DNA from: Auanema rhodensis
Lineage: Eukaryota > Animalia > Nematoda
DNA length: 64,000 bases
Direction: 5' to 3'
NCBI GenBank assembly: GCA_964057225.1
Contig: OZ059900.1
Span: 23,002,001-23,066,000 of the forward strand
The position numbers and the translations under genes were made by a program. Under the pieces are notes generated by a model, which had not been told where the DNA came from, searched no databases, and saw only the letters and a program-made list of their open reading frames with translations. Shown here piece by piece: positions 38,401-52,600 of the stretch (the stretch's first letter is position 1; each line of letters starts with the position of its first letter).

Positions 38401-41400
38401 TCGATTTTTGTTCATATGAGTCGTCAAATGCAACGAATTTCAGCGTGTTACATACTAAAATGAAGCATTTTACATGCTGAACACTAGAAAAATACAAAAA
38501 CACAGTATTTCCCATGAGAAATATTTTATTATGCTGGAAAACCAGTTTTTGGAAATTTCGCTGTAAACAAGGTTTTGACTTACGATTTTATGTGTTCAAA
38601 CTCATGCAATGTCAATGAAACCTAGCTCAAAATTGTTTGTACAACGTCTAGTTCCAGTTTCACGACAAAAAAACAAGGGTTAGAAAATTAAGGAAATTAG
38701 CATATTCTGAGGGCACGCCCCTTATGGCTAATATTGATTAAATCGATTTTTGTTCATATGAGTCGTCAAATGCAACGAATTTCAGCGTGTTACATACTAA
38801 AATGAAGCATTTTACATGCTGAACACTAGAAAAATACAAAAACACAGTATTTCCCATGAAAAATATTTTATTATGCTGGAAAACCAGTTTTTGGAAATTT
38901 CGCTGTAAACAAGGTTTTGACTTACGATTTCATGTGTTCAAACTCATGCAATGTCAATGTAACCTAGCTCAAAATTGTTCGTACAACGTCTAGTTCCACT
39001 TTCACGACAAAAAAACAGGGGTTAGAAAATTAAGGAAATTAGCATATTCTGAGGGCACGCCCCTTATGGCTAATATTGATTAAATCGATTTTTGTTCATA
39101 TGAGTCGTCAAATGCAACGAATTTCAGCGTGTTACATACTAAAATGAAGCATTTTACATGCTGAACACTAGAAAAATACAAAAACACAGTATTTCCCATG
39201 AGAAATATTTTATTATGCTGGAAAACCAGTTTTTGGAAATTTCGCTGTAAACAAGGTTTTGACTTACGATTTCATGTGTTCAAACTCATGCAATGTCAAT
39301 GAAACCTAGCTCAAAATTGTTCGTACAACGTCTAGTTCCACTTTCACGACGAAAAAACAGGGGTTAGAAAATTAAGGAAATTAGCATATTCTGAGGGCAC
39401 GCCCCTTATGGCTAATATTGATTAAATCGATTTTTGTTCATATGAGTCGTCAAATGCAACGAATTTCAGCGTGTTACATACTAAAATGAAGCATTTTACA
39501 TGCTGAACACTAGAAAAATACAAAAACACAGTATTTCCCATGAGAAATATTTTATTATGCTGGAAAACCAGTTTTTGGAAATTTCGCTGTAAACAAGGTT
39601 TTGACTTACGATTTTATGTGTTCAAACTCATGCAATGTCAATGAAACCTAGCTCAAAATTGTTCGTACAACGTCTAGTTCCACTTTCACGACAAAAAAAC
39701 AGGGGTTAGAAAATTAAGGAAATTAGCATATTCTGAGGGCACGCCCCTTATGGCTAATATTGATTAAATCGATTTTTGTTCATATGAGTCGTCAAATGCA
39801 ACGAATTTCAGCGTGTTACATACTAAAATGAAGCATTTCACATGCTGAACACTAGAAAAATACAAAAACACAGTATTTCCCATGAGAAATATTTTATCAT
39901 GCTGGAAAACCAGTTTTTGGAAATTTCGCTGTAAACAAGGTTTTGACTTACGATTTCATGTGTTCAAACTCATGCAATGTCAATGAAACCTAGCTCAAAA
40001 TTGTTTGTACAACGTCTAGTTCCACTTTCACGACAAAAAAACAGGGGTTAGAAAATTAAGGAAATTAGCATATTCTGAGGGCACGCCCCTTATGGCTAAT
40101 ATTGATTAAATCGATTTTTGTTCATATGAGTCGTCAAATGCAACGAATTTCAGCGTGTTACATACTAAAATGAAGCATTTTACATGCTGAACACTAGAAA
40201 AATACAAAAACACAGTATTTCTCATGAGAAATATTTTATTATGCTGGAAAACCAGTTTTTGGAAATTTCGCTGTAAACAAGGTTTTGACTTACGATTTCA
40301 TGTGTTCAAACTCATGCAATGTCAATGAAACCTAGCTCAAAATTGTTTGTACAACGTCTAGTTCCACTTTCACGACAAAAAAACAGGGGTTAGAAAATTA
40401 AGGAAATTAGCATATTCTGAGGGCACGCCCCTTATGGCTAATATTGATTAAATCGATTTTTTGTTCATATGAGTCGTCAAATGCAACGAATTTCAGCGTG
40501 TTACATACTAAAATGAAGCATTTTACATGCTGAACACTAGAAAAATACAAAAACACAGTATTTCCCATGAGAAATATTTTATTATGCTGGAAAACCAGTT
40601 TTTGGAAATTTCGCTGTAAACAAGGTTTTGACTTACGATTTCATGTGTTCAAACTCATGCAATGTCAATGAAACCTAGCTCAAAATTGTTCGTACAACGT
40701 CTAGTTCCACTTTCACGACAAAAAAACAAGGGTTAGAAAATTAAGGAAATTAGCATATTCTGAGGGCACGCCCCTTATGGCTAATATTGATTAAATCGAT
40801 TTTTGTTCATATGAGTCGTCAAATGCAACGAATTTCAGCGTGTTACATACTAAAATGAAGCATTTTACATGCTGAACACTAGAAAAATACAAAAACACAG
40901 TATTTCCCATGAGAAATATTTTATTATGCTGGAAAACCAGTTTTTGGAAATTTCGCTGTAAACAAGGTTTTGACTTACGATTTCATGTGTTCAAGCTCAT
41001 GCAATGTCAATGAAACCTAGCTCAAAATTGTTCGTACAACGTCTAGTTCCACTTTCACGACAAAAAAACAGGGGTTAGAAAATTAAGGAAATTAGCATAT
41101 TCTGAGGGCACGCCCCTTATGGCTAATATTGATTAAATCGATTTTTGTTCATATGAGTCGTCAAATGCAACGAATTTCAGCGTGTTACATACTAAAATAA
41201 AACATTTTACATGCTGAACACTAGAAGAATACAAAAACACAGTATTTCCCATGAGAAATATTTTATTATGCTGGAAAACCAGTTTTTGGAAATTTCGCTG
41301 TAAACAAGGTTTTGACTTACGATTTCATGTGTTCAAACTCATGCAATGTCAATGAAACCTAGCTCAAAATTGTTCGTACAACGTCTAGTTCCACTTTCAC

Positions 41401-43638
41401 GACAAAAAAACAGGGGCTAGAAAATTAAGGAAATTAGCATATTCTGAGGGCACGCCCCTTAGGGCTAATATTGATTAAATCGATTTTTGTTCATATGAGT
41501 CGTCAAATGTAACGAATTTTAGCGTGTTACATACTAAAATGAAGCATTTTACATGCTGAACACTAGAAAAATACAAAAACACAGTATTTCCCATGAGAAA
41601 TATTTTATCATGCTGGAAAACCAGTTTTTGGAAATTTCGCTGTAAACAAGGTTTTGACTTACGATTTCATGTGTTCAAACTCATGCAATGTCAATGAAAC
41701 CTAGCTCAAAATTGTTCGTACAACGTCTAGTTCCACTTTCACGACAAAAAAACAGGGGTTAGAAAATTAAGGAAATTAGCATATTCTGAGGGCACGCCCC
41801 TTATGGCTAATATTGATTAAATCGATTTTTGTTCATATGAGTCGTCAAATGCAACGAATTTCAGCGTGTTACATACTAAAATGAAGCATTTTACATGCTG
41901 AACACTAGAAAAATACAAAAACACAGTATTTCTCATGAGAAATATTTTATTATGCTGGAAAACCAGTTTTTGGAAATTTCGCTGTAAACAAGGTTTTGAC
42001 TTACGATTTCATGTGTTCAAACTCATGCAATGTCAATGAAACCTAGCTCAAAAATGTTTGTACAACGTCTAGTTCCACTTTCACGACAAAAAAACAAGGG
42101 TTAGAAAATTAAGGAAATTAGCATATTCTGAGGGCACGCCCCTTATGGCTAATATTGATTAAATCGATTTTTGTTCATATGAGTCGTCAAATGCAAGGAA
42201 TTTCAGCGTGTTACATACTAAAATGAAGCATTTTACATGCTGAACACTAGAAAAATACAAAAACACAGTATTTCCCATGAGAAATATTTTATTATGCTGG
42301 AAAACCAGTTTTTGGAAATTTCGCTGTAAACAAGGTTTTGACTTACGATTTCATGTGTTCAAGCTCATGCAATGTCAATGAAACCTAGCTCAAAATTGTT
42401 CGTACAACGTCTAGTTCCACTTTCACGACAAAAAAACAGGGGTTAGAAAATTAAGGAAATTAGCATATTCTGAGGGCACGCCCCTTATGGCTAATATTGA
42501 TTAAATCGATTTTTGTTCATATGAGTCGTCAAATGCAACGAATTTCAGCGTGTTACATACTAAAATGAAGCATTTTACATGCTGAACACTAGAAAAATAC
42601 AAAAACACAGTATTTCCCATGAGAAATATTTTATTATGCTGGAAAACCAGTTTTTGGAAATTTCGCTGTAAACAAGGTTTTGACTTACGATTTCATGTGT
42701 TCAAACTCATGCAATGTCAATGAAACCTAGCTCAAAATTGTTCGTACAACGTCTAGTTCCACTTTCACGACAAAAAAACAAGGGTTAGAAAATTAAGGAA
42801 ATTAGCATATTCTGAGGGCACGCCCCTTATGGCTAATATTGATTAAATCGATTTTTGTTCATATGAGTCGTCAAATGCAAGGAATTTCAGCGTGTTACAT
42901 ACTAAAATGAAGCATTTTACATGCTGAACACTAGAAAAATACAAAAACACAGTATTTCCCATGAGAAATATTTTATTATGCTGGAAAACCAGTTTTTGGA
43001 AATTTCGCTGTAAACAAGGTTTTGACTTACGATTTCATGTGTTCAAGCTCATGCAATGTCAATGAAACCTAGCTCAAAATTGTTCGTACAACGTCTAGTT
43101 CCACTTTCACGACAAAAAAACAGGGGTTAGAAAATTAAGGAAATTAGCATATTCTGAGGGCACGCCCCTTATGGCTAATATTGATTAAATCGATTTTTGT
43201 TCATATGAGTCGTCAAATGCAACGAATTTCAGCGTGTTACATACTAAAATGAAGCATTTTACATGCTGAACACTAGAAAAATACAAAAACACAGTATTTC
43301 CCATGAGAAATATTTTATTATGCTGGAAAACCAGTTTTTGGAAATTTCGCTGTAAACAAGGTTTTGACTTACGATTTCATGTGTTCAAACTCATGCAATG
43401 TCAATGAAACCTAGCTCAAAATTGTTCGTACAACGTCTAGTTCCACTTTCACGACAAAAAAACAGGGGTTAGAAAATTAAGGAAATTAGCATATTCTGAG
43501 GGCACGCCCCTTATGGCTAATATTGATTAAATCGATTTTTGTTCATATGAGTCGTCAAATGCAACGAATTTCAGCGTGTTACATACTAAAATGAAGCATT
43601 TTACATGCTGAACACTAGAAAAATACAAAAACACAGTA

Positions 43639-46600
43639 TTTCCCATGAGAAATATTTTATTATGCTGGAAAACCAGTTTTTGGAAATTTCGCTGTAAACA
43701 AGGTTTTGACTTACGATTTCATGTGTTCAAACTCATGCAATGTCAATGAAACCTAGCTCAAAATTGTTTGTACAACGTCTAGTTCCACTTTCACGACAAA
43801 AAAACAAGGGTTAGAAAATTAAGGAAATTAGCATATTCTGAGGGCACGCCCCTTATGGCTAATATTGATTAAATCGATTTTTGTTCATATGAGTCGTCAA
43901 ATGCAAGGAATTTCAGCGTGTTACATACTAAAATGAAGCATTTTACATGCTGAACACTAGAAAAATACAAAAACACAGTATTTCCCATGAGAAATATTTT
44001 ATTATGCTGGAAAACCAGTTTTTGGAAATTTCGCTGTAAACAAGGTTTTGACTTACGATTTCATGTGTTCAAGCTCATGCAATGTCAATGAAACCTAGCT
44101 CAAAATTGTTCGTACAACGTCTAGTTCCACTTTCACGACAAAAAAACAGGGGTTAGAAAATTAAGGAAATTAGCATATTCTGAGGGCACGCCCCTTATGG
44201 CTAATATTGATTAAATCGATTTTTGTTCATATGAGTCGTCAAATGCAACGAATTTCAGCGTGTTACATACTAAAATGAAGCATTTTACATGCTGAACACT
44301 AGAAAAATACAAAAACACAGTATTTCCCATGAGAAATATTTTATTATGCTGGAAAACCAGTTTTTGGAAATTTCGCTGTAAACAAGGTTTTGACTTACGA
44401 TTTCATGTGTTCAAACTCATGCAATGTCAATGAAACCTAGCTCAAAATTGTTCGTACAACGTCTAGTTCCACTTTCACGACAAAAAAACAGGGGTTAGAA
44501 AATTAAGGAAATTAGCATATTCTGAGGGCACGCCCCTTATGGCTAATATTGATTAAATCGATTTTTGTTCATATGAGTCGTCAAATGCAACGAATTTCAG
44601 CGTGTTACATACTAAAATGAAGCATTTTACATGCTGAACACTAGAAAAATACAAAAACACAGTATTTCCCATGAGAAATATTTTATTATGCTGGAAAACC
44701 AGTTTTTGGAAATTTCGCTGTAACAAGGTTTTGACTTACGATTTCATGTGTTCAAACTCATGCAATGTCAATGTAACCTAGCTCAAAATTGTTCGTACAA
44801 CGTCTAGTTCCACTTTCAAGACAAAAAAACAGGGGTTAGAAAATTAAGGAAATTAGCATATTCTGAGGGCACGCCCCTTATGGCTAATATTGATTAAATC
44901 GATTTTTGTTCATATGAGTCGTCAAATGCAACGAATTTCAGCGTGTTACATACTAAAATGAAGCATTTTACATGCTGAACACTAGAAAAATACAAAAACA
45001 CAGTATTTCCCATGAGAAATATTTTATTATGCTGGAAAACCAGTTTTTGGAAATTTCGCTGTAAACAAGGTTTTGACTTACGATTTCATTTGTTCAAACT
45101 CATGCAATGTCAATGAAACCTAGCTCAAAATTATTTGTACAACGTCTAGTTCCACTTTCACGACAAAAAAACAGGGGTTAGAAAATTAAGGAAATTAGCA
45201 TATTCTGAGGGCACGCCCCTTATGGCTAATATTGATTAAATCGATTTTTGTTCATATGAGTCGTCAAATGCAACGAATTTCAGCGTGTTACATACTAAAA
45301 TGAAGCATTTTACATGCTGAACACTAGAAAAATAAAAAACACAGTATTTCCCATGAGAAATATTTTATTATGCTGGAAAACCAGTTTTTGGAAATTTCGC
45401 TGTAAACAAGGTTTTGACTTACGATTTCATGTGTTCAAACTCATGCAATGTCAATGAAACCTAGCTCAAAATTGTTCGTACAACGTCTAGTTCCACTTTC
45501 ACGACAAAAAAACAAGGGTTAGAAAATTAAGGAAATTAGCATATTCTGAGGGCACGCCCCTTATGGCTAATATTGATTAAATCGATTTTTGTTCATATGA
45601 GTCGTCAAATGCAACGAATTTCAGCGTGTTACATACTAAAATGAAGCATTTTACATGCTGAACACTAGAAAAATACAAAAACACAGTATTTCCCATGAGA
45701 AATATTTTATTATGCTGGAAAACCAGTTTTTGGAAATTTCGCTGTAAACAAGGTTTTGACTTACGATTTCATGTGTTCAAACTCATGCAATGTCAATGTA
45801 ACCTAGCTCAAAGTTGTTCGTACAACGTCTAGTTCCACTTTCAAGACAAAAAAACAGGGGTTAGAAAATTAAGGAAATTAGCATATTCTGAGGGCACGCC
45901 CCTTATGGCTAATATTGATTAAATCGATTTTTGTTCATATGAGTCGTCAAATGCAACGAATTTCAGCGTGTTACATACTAAAATGAAGCATTTTACATGC
46001 TGAACACTAGAAAAATACAAAAACACAGTATTTCCCATGAGAAATATTTTATTATGCTGGAAAACCAGTTTTTGGAAATTTCGCTGTAAACAAGGTTTTG
46101 ACTTACGATTTCATTTGTTCAAACTCATGCAATGTCAATGAAACCTAGCTCAAAATTATTTGTACAACGTCTAGTTCCACTTTCACGACAAAAAAACAGG
46201 GGTTAGAAAATTAAGGAAATTAGCATATTCTGAGGGCACGCCCCTTATGGCTAATATTGATTAAATCGATTTTTGTTCATATGAGTCGTCAAATGCAACG
46301 AATTTCAGCGTGTTACATACTAAAATGAAGCATTTTACATGCTGAACACTAGAAAAATACAAAAACACAGTATTTCCCATGAGAAATATTTTATTATGCT
46401 GGAAAACCAGTTTTTGGAAATTTCGCTGTAAACAAGGTTTTGACTTACGATTTCATGTGTTCAAACTCATGCAATGTCAATGAAACCTAGCTCAAAATTG
46501 TTCGTACAACGTCTAGTTCCACTTTTACGACAAAAAAACAAGGGTTAGAAAATTAAGGAAATTAGCATATTCTGAGAGCACGCCCCTTATGGCTAATATT

Positions 46601-49600
46601 GATTAAATCGATTTTTGTTCATATGAGTCGTCAAATGCAACGAATTTCAGCGTGTTACATACTAAAATGAAGCATTTTACATGCTGAACACTAGAAAAAT
46701 ACAAAAACACAGTATTTCCCATGAGAAATATTTTATTATGCTGGAAAACCAGTTTTTGGAAATTTCGCTGTAAACAAGGTTTTGACTTACGATTTCATGT
46801 GTTCAAACTCATGCAATGTCAATGAAACCTAGCTCAAAATTGTTCGTACAACGTCTAGTTCCACTTTCACGACAAAAAAACAGGGGTTAGAAAATTAAGG
46901 AAATTAGCATATTCTGAGGGCACGCCCCTTATGGCTAATATTGATTAAATCGATTTTTGTTCATATGAGTCGTCAAATGCAACGAATTTCAGCGTGTTAC
47001 ATACTAAAATGAAGCATTTTACATGCTGAACACTAGAAAAATACAAAAACACAGTATTTCCCATGAGAAATATTTTATTATGCTGGAAAACCAGTTTTTG
47101 GAAATTTCGCTGTAAACAAGGTTTTGACTTACGATTTCATGTGTTCAAACTCATGCAATGTCAATGAAACCTAGCTCAAAATTGTTCGTACAACGTCTAG
47201 TTCCACTTTCACGACAAAAAAACAGGGGTTAGAAAATTAAGGAAATTAGCATATTCTGAGGGCACGCCCCTTATGGCTAATATTGATTAAATCGATTTTT
47301 GTTCATATGAGTCGTCAAATGCAACGAATTTCAGCGTGTTACATACTAAAATGAAGCATTTTACATGCTGAACACTAGAAAAATACAAAAACACAGTATT
47401 TCCCATGAGAAATATTTTATTATGCTGGAAAACCAGTTTTTGGAAATTTCGCTGTAAACAAGGTTTTGACTTACGATTTCATGTGTTCAAACTCATGCAA
47501 TGTCAATGAAACCTAGCTCAAAATTGTTCGTACAACGTCTAGTTCCACTTTCACGACAAAAAAACAAGGGTTAGAAAATTAAGGAAATTAGCATATTCTG
47601 AGGGCACGCCCCTTATGGCTAATATTGATTAAATCGATTTTTGTTCATATGAGTCGTCAAATGCAAGGAATTTCAGCGTGTTACATACTAAAATGAAGCA
47701 TTTTACATGCTGAACACTAGAAAAATACAAAAACACAGTATTTCCCATGAGAAATATTTTATTATGCTGGAAAACCAGTTTTTGGAAATTTCGCTGTAAA
47801 CAAGGTTTTGACTTACGATTTCATGTGTTCAAGCTCATGCAATGTCAATGAAACCTAGCTCAAAATTGTTCGTACAACGTCTAGTTCCACTTTCACGACA
47901 AAAAAACAGGGGTTAGAAAATTAAGGAAATTAGCATATTCTGAGGGCACGCCCCTTATGGCTAATATTGATTAAATCGATTTTTGTTCATATGAGTCGTC
48001 AAATGCAACGAATTTCAGCGTGTTACATACTAAAATGAAGCATTTTACATGCTGAACACTAGAAAAATACAAAAACACAGTATTTCCCATGAGAAATATT
48101 TTATTATGCTGGAAAACCAGTTTTTGGAAATTTCGCTGTAAACAAGGTTTTGACTTACGATTTCATGTGTTCAAACTCATGCAATGTCAATGAAACCTAG
48201 CTCAAAATTGTTCGTACAACGTCTAGTTCCACTTTCACGACAAAAAAACAGGGGTTAGAAAATTAAGGAAATTAGCATATTCTGAGGGCACGCCCCTTAT
48301 GGCTAATATTGATTAAATCGATTTTTGTTCATATGAGTCGTCAAATGCAACGAATTTCAGCGTGTTACATACTAAAATGAAGCATTTTACATGCTGAACA
48401 CTAGAAAAATACAAAAACACAGTATTTCCCATGAGAAATATTTTATTATGCTGGAAAACCAGTTTTTGGAAATTTCGCTGTAAACAAGGTTTTGACTTAC
48501 GATTTCATGTGTTCAAACTCATGCAATGTCAATGAAACCTAGCTCAAAATTGTTTGTACAACGTCTAGTTCCACTTTCACGACAAAAAAACAAGGGTTAG
48601 AAAATTAAGGAAATTAGCATATTCTGAGGGCACGCCCCTTATGGCTAATATTGATTAAATCGATTTTTGTTCATATGAGTCGTCAAATGCAAGGAATTTC
48701 AGCGTGTTACATACTAAAATGAAGCATTTTACATGCTGAACACTAGAAAAATACAAAAACACAGTATTTCCCATGAGAAATATTTTATTATGCTGGAAAA
48801 CCAGTTTTTGGAAATTTCGCTGTAAACAAGGTTTTGACTTACGATTTCATGTGTTCAAGCTCATGCAATGTCAATGAAACCTAGCTCAAAATTGTTCGTA
48901 CAACGTCTAGTTCCACTTTCACGACAAAAAAACAGGGGTTAGAAAATTAAGGAAATTAGCATATTCTGAGGGCACGCCCCTTATGGCTAATATTGATTAA
49001 ATCGATTTTTGTTCATATGAGTCGTCAAATGCAACGAATTTCAGCGTGTTACATACTAAAATGAAGCATTTTACATGCTGAACACTAGAAAAATACAAAA
49101 ACACAGTATTTCCCATGAGAAATATTTTATTATGCTGGAAAACCAGTTTTTGGAAATTTCGCTGTAAACAAGGTTTTGACTTACGATTTCATGTGTTCAA
49201 ACTCATGCAATGTCAATGAAACCTAGCTCAAAATTGTTCGTACAACGTCTAGTTCCACTTTCACGACAAAAAAACAGGGGTTAGAAAATTAAGGAAATTA
49301 GCATATTCTGAGGGCACGCCCCTTATGGCTAATATTGATTAAATCGATTTTTGTTCATATGAGTCGTCAAATGCAACGAATTTCAGCGTGTTACATACTA
49401 AAATGAAGCATTTTACATGCTGAACACTAGAAAAATACAAAAACACAGTATTTCCCATGAGAAATATTTTATTATGCTGGAAAACCAGTTTTTGGAAATT
49501 TCGCTGTAACAAGGTTTTGACTTACGATTTCATGTGTTCAAACTCATGCAATGTCAATGTAACCTAGCTCAAAATTGTTCGTACAACGTCTAGTTCCACT

Positions 49601-52600
49601 TTCAAGACAAAAAAACAGGGGTTAGAAAATTAAGGAAATTAGCATATTCTGAGGGCACGCCCCTTATGGCTAATATTGATTAAATCGATTTTTGTTCATA
49701 TGAGTCGTCAAATGCAACGAATTTCAGCGTGTTACATACTAAAATGAAGCATTTTACATGCTGAACACTAGAAAAATACAAAAACACAGTATTTCCCATG
49801 AGAAATATTTTATTATGCTGGAAAACCAGTTTTTGGAAATTTCGCTGTAAACAAGGTTTTGACTTACGATTTCATTTGTTCAAACTCATGCAATGTCAAT
49901 GAAACCTAGCTCAAAATTATTTGTACAACGTCTAGTTCCACTTTCACGACAAAAAAACAGGGGTTAGAAAATTAAGGAAATTAGCATATTCTGAGGGCAC
50001 GCCCCTTATGGCTAATATTGATTAAATCGATTTTTGTTCATATGAGTCGTCAAATGCAACGAATTTCAGCGTGTTACATACTAAAATGAAGCATTTTACA
50101 TGCTGAACACTAGAAAAATAAAAAACACAGTATTTCCCATGAGAAATATTTTATTATGCTGGAAAACCAGTTTTTGGAAATTTCGCTGTAAACAAGGTTT
50201 TGACTTACGATTTCATGTGTTCAAACTCATGCAATGTCAATGAAACCTAGCTCAAAATTGTTCGTACAACGTCTAGTTCCACTTTCACGACAAAAAAACA
50301 AGGGTTAGAAAATTAAGGAAATTAGCATATTCTGAGGGCACGCCCCTTATGGCTAATATTGATTAAATCGATTTTTGTTCATATGAGTCGTCAAATGCAA
50401 CGAATTTCAGCGTGTTACATACTAAAATGAAGCATTTTACATGCTGAACACTAGAAAAATACAAAAACACAGTATTTCCCATGAGAAATATTTTATTATG
50501 CTGGAAAACCAGTTTTTGGAAATTTCGCTGTAAACAAGGTTTTGACTTACGATTTCATGTGTTCAAACTCATGCAATGTCAATGTAACCTAGCTCAAAGT
50601 TGTTCGTACAACGTCTAGTTCCACTTTCAAGACAAAAAAACAGGGGTTAGAAAATTAAGGAAATTAGCATATTCTGAGGGCACGCCCCTTATGGCTAATA
50701 TTGATTAAATCGATTTTTGTTCATATGAGTCGTCAAATGCAACGAATTTCAGCGTGTTACATACTAAAATGAAGCATTTTACATGCTGAACACTAGAAAA
50801 ATACAAAAACACAGTATTTCCCATGAGAAATATTTTATTATGCTGGAAAACCAGTTTTTGGAAATTTCGCTGTAAACAAGGTTTTGACTTACGATTTCAT
50901 TTGTTCAAACTCATGCAATGTCAATGAAACCTAGCTCAAAATTATTTGTACAACGTCTAGTTCCACTTTCACGACAAAAAAACAGGGGTTAGAAAATTAA
51001 GGAAATTAGCATATTCTGAGGGCACGCCCCTTATGGCTAATATTGATTAAATCGATTTTTGTTCATATGAGTCGTCAAATGCAACGAATTTCAGCGTGTT
51101 ACATACTAAAATGAAGCATTTTACATGCTGAACACTAGAAAAATACAAAAACACAGTATTTCCCATGAGAAATATTTTATTATGCTGGAAAACCAGTTTT
51201 TGGAAATTTCGCTGTAAACAAGGTTTTGACTTACGATTTCATGTGTTCAAACTCATGCAATGTCAATGAAACCTAGCTCAAAATTGTTCGTACAACGTCT
51301 AGTTCCACTTTTACGACAAAAAAACAAGGGTTAGAAAATTAAGGAAATTAGCATATTCTGAGAGCACGCCCCTTATGGCTAATATTGATTAAATCGATTT
51401 TTGTTCATATGAGTCGTCAAATGCAACGAATTTCAGCGTGTTACATACTAAAATGAAGCATTTTACATGCTGAACACTAGAAAAATACAAAAACACAGTA
51501 TTTCCCATGAGAAATATTTTATTATGCTGGAAAACCAGTTTTTGGAAATTTCGCTGTAAACAAGGTTTTGACTTACGATTTCATGTGTTCAAACTCATGC
51601 AATGTCAATGAAACCTAGCTCAAAATTGTTCGTACAACGTCTAGTTCCACTTTCACGACAAAAAAACAGGGGTTAGAAAATTAAGGAAATTAGCATATTC
51701 TGAGGGCACGCCCCTTATGGCTAATATTGATTAAATCGATTTTTGTTCATATGAGTCGTCAAATGCAACGAATTTCAGCGTGTTACATACTAAAATGAAG
51801 CATTTTACATGCTGAACACTAGAAAAATACAAAAACACAGTATTTCCCATGAGAAATATTTTATTATGCTGGAAAACCAGTTTTTGGAAATTTCGCTGTA
51901 AACAAGGTTTTGACTTACGATTTCATGTGTTCAAACTCATGCAATGTCAATGAAACCTAGCTCAAAATTGTTTGTACAACGTCTAGTTCCACTTTCACGA
52001 CAAAAAAACAAGGGTTAGAAAATTAAGGAAATTAGCATATTCTGAGGGCACGCCCCTTATGGCTAATATTGATTAAATCGATTTTTGTTCATATGAGTCG
52101 TCAAATGCAAGGAATTTCAGCGTGTTACATACTAAAATGAAGCATTTTACATGCTGAACACTAGAAAAATACAAAAACACAGTATTTCCCATGAGAAATA
52201 TTTTATTATGCTGGAAAACCAGTTTTTGGAAATTTCGCTGTAAACAAGGTTTTGACTTACGATTTCATGTGTTCAAGCTCATGCAATGTCAATGAAACCT
52301 AGCTCAAAATTGTTCGTACAACGTCTAGTTCCACTTTCACGACAAAAAAACAGGGGTTAGAAAATTAAGGAAATTAGCATATTCTGAGGGCACGCCCCTT
52401 ATGGCTAATATTGATTAAATCGATTTTTGTTCATATGAGTCGTCAAATGCAACGAATTTCAGCGTGTTACATACTAAAATGAAGCATTTTACATGCTGAA
52501 CACTAGAAAAATACAAAAACACAGTATTTCCCATGAGAAATATTTTATTATGCTGGAAAACCAGTTTTTGGAAATTTCGCTGTAAACAAGGTTTTGACTT

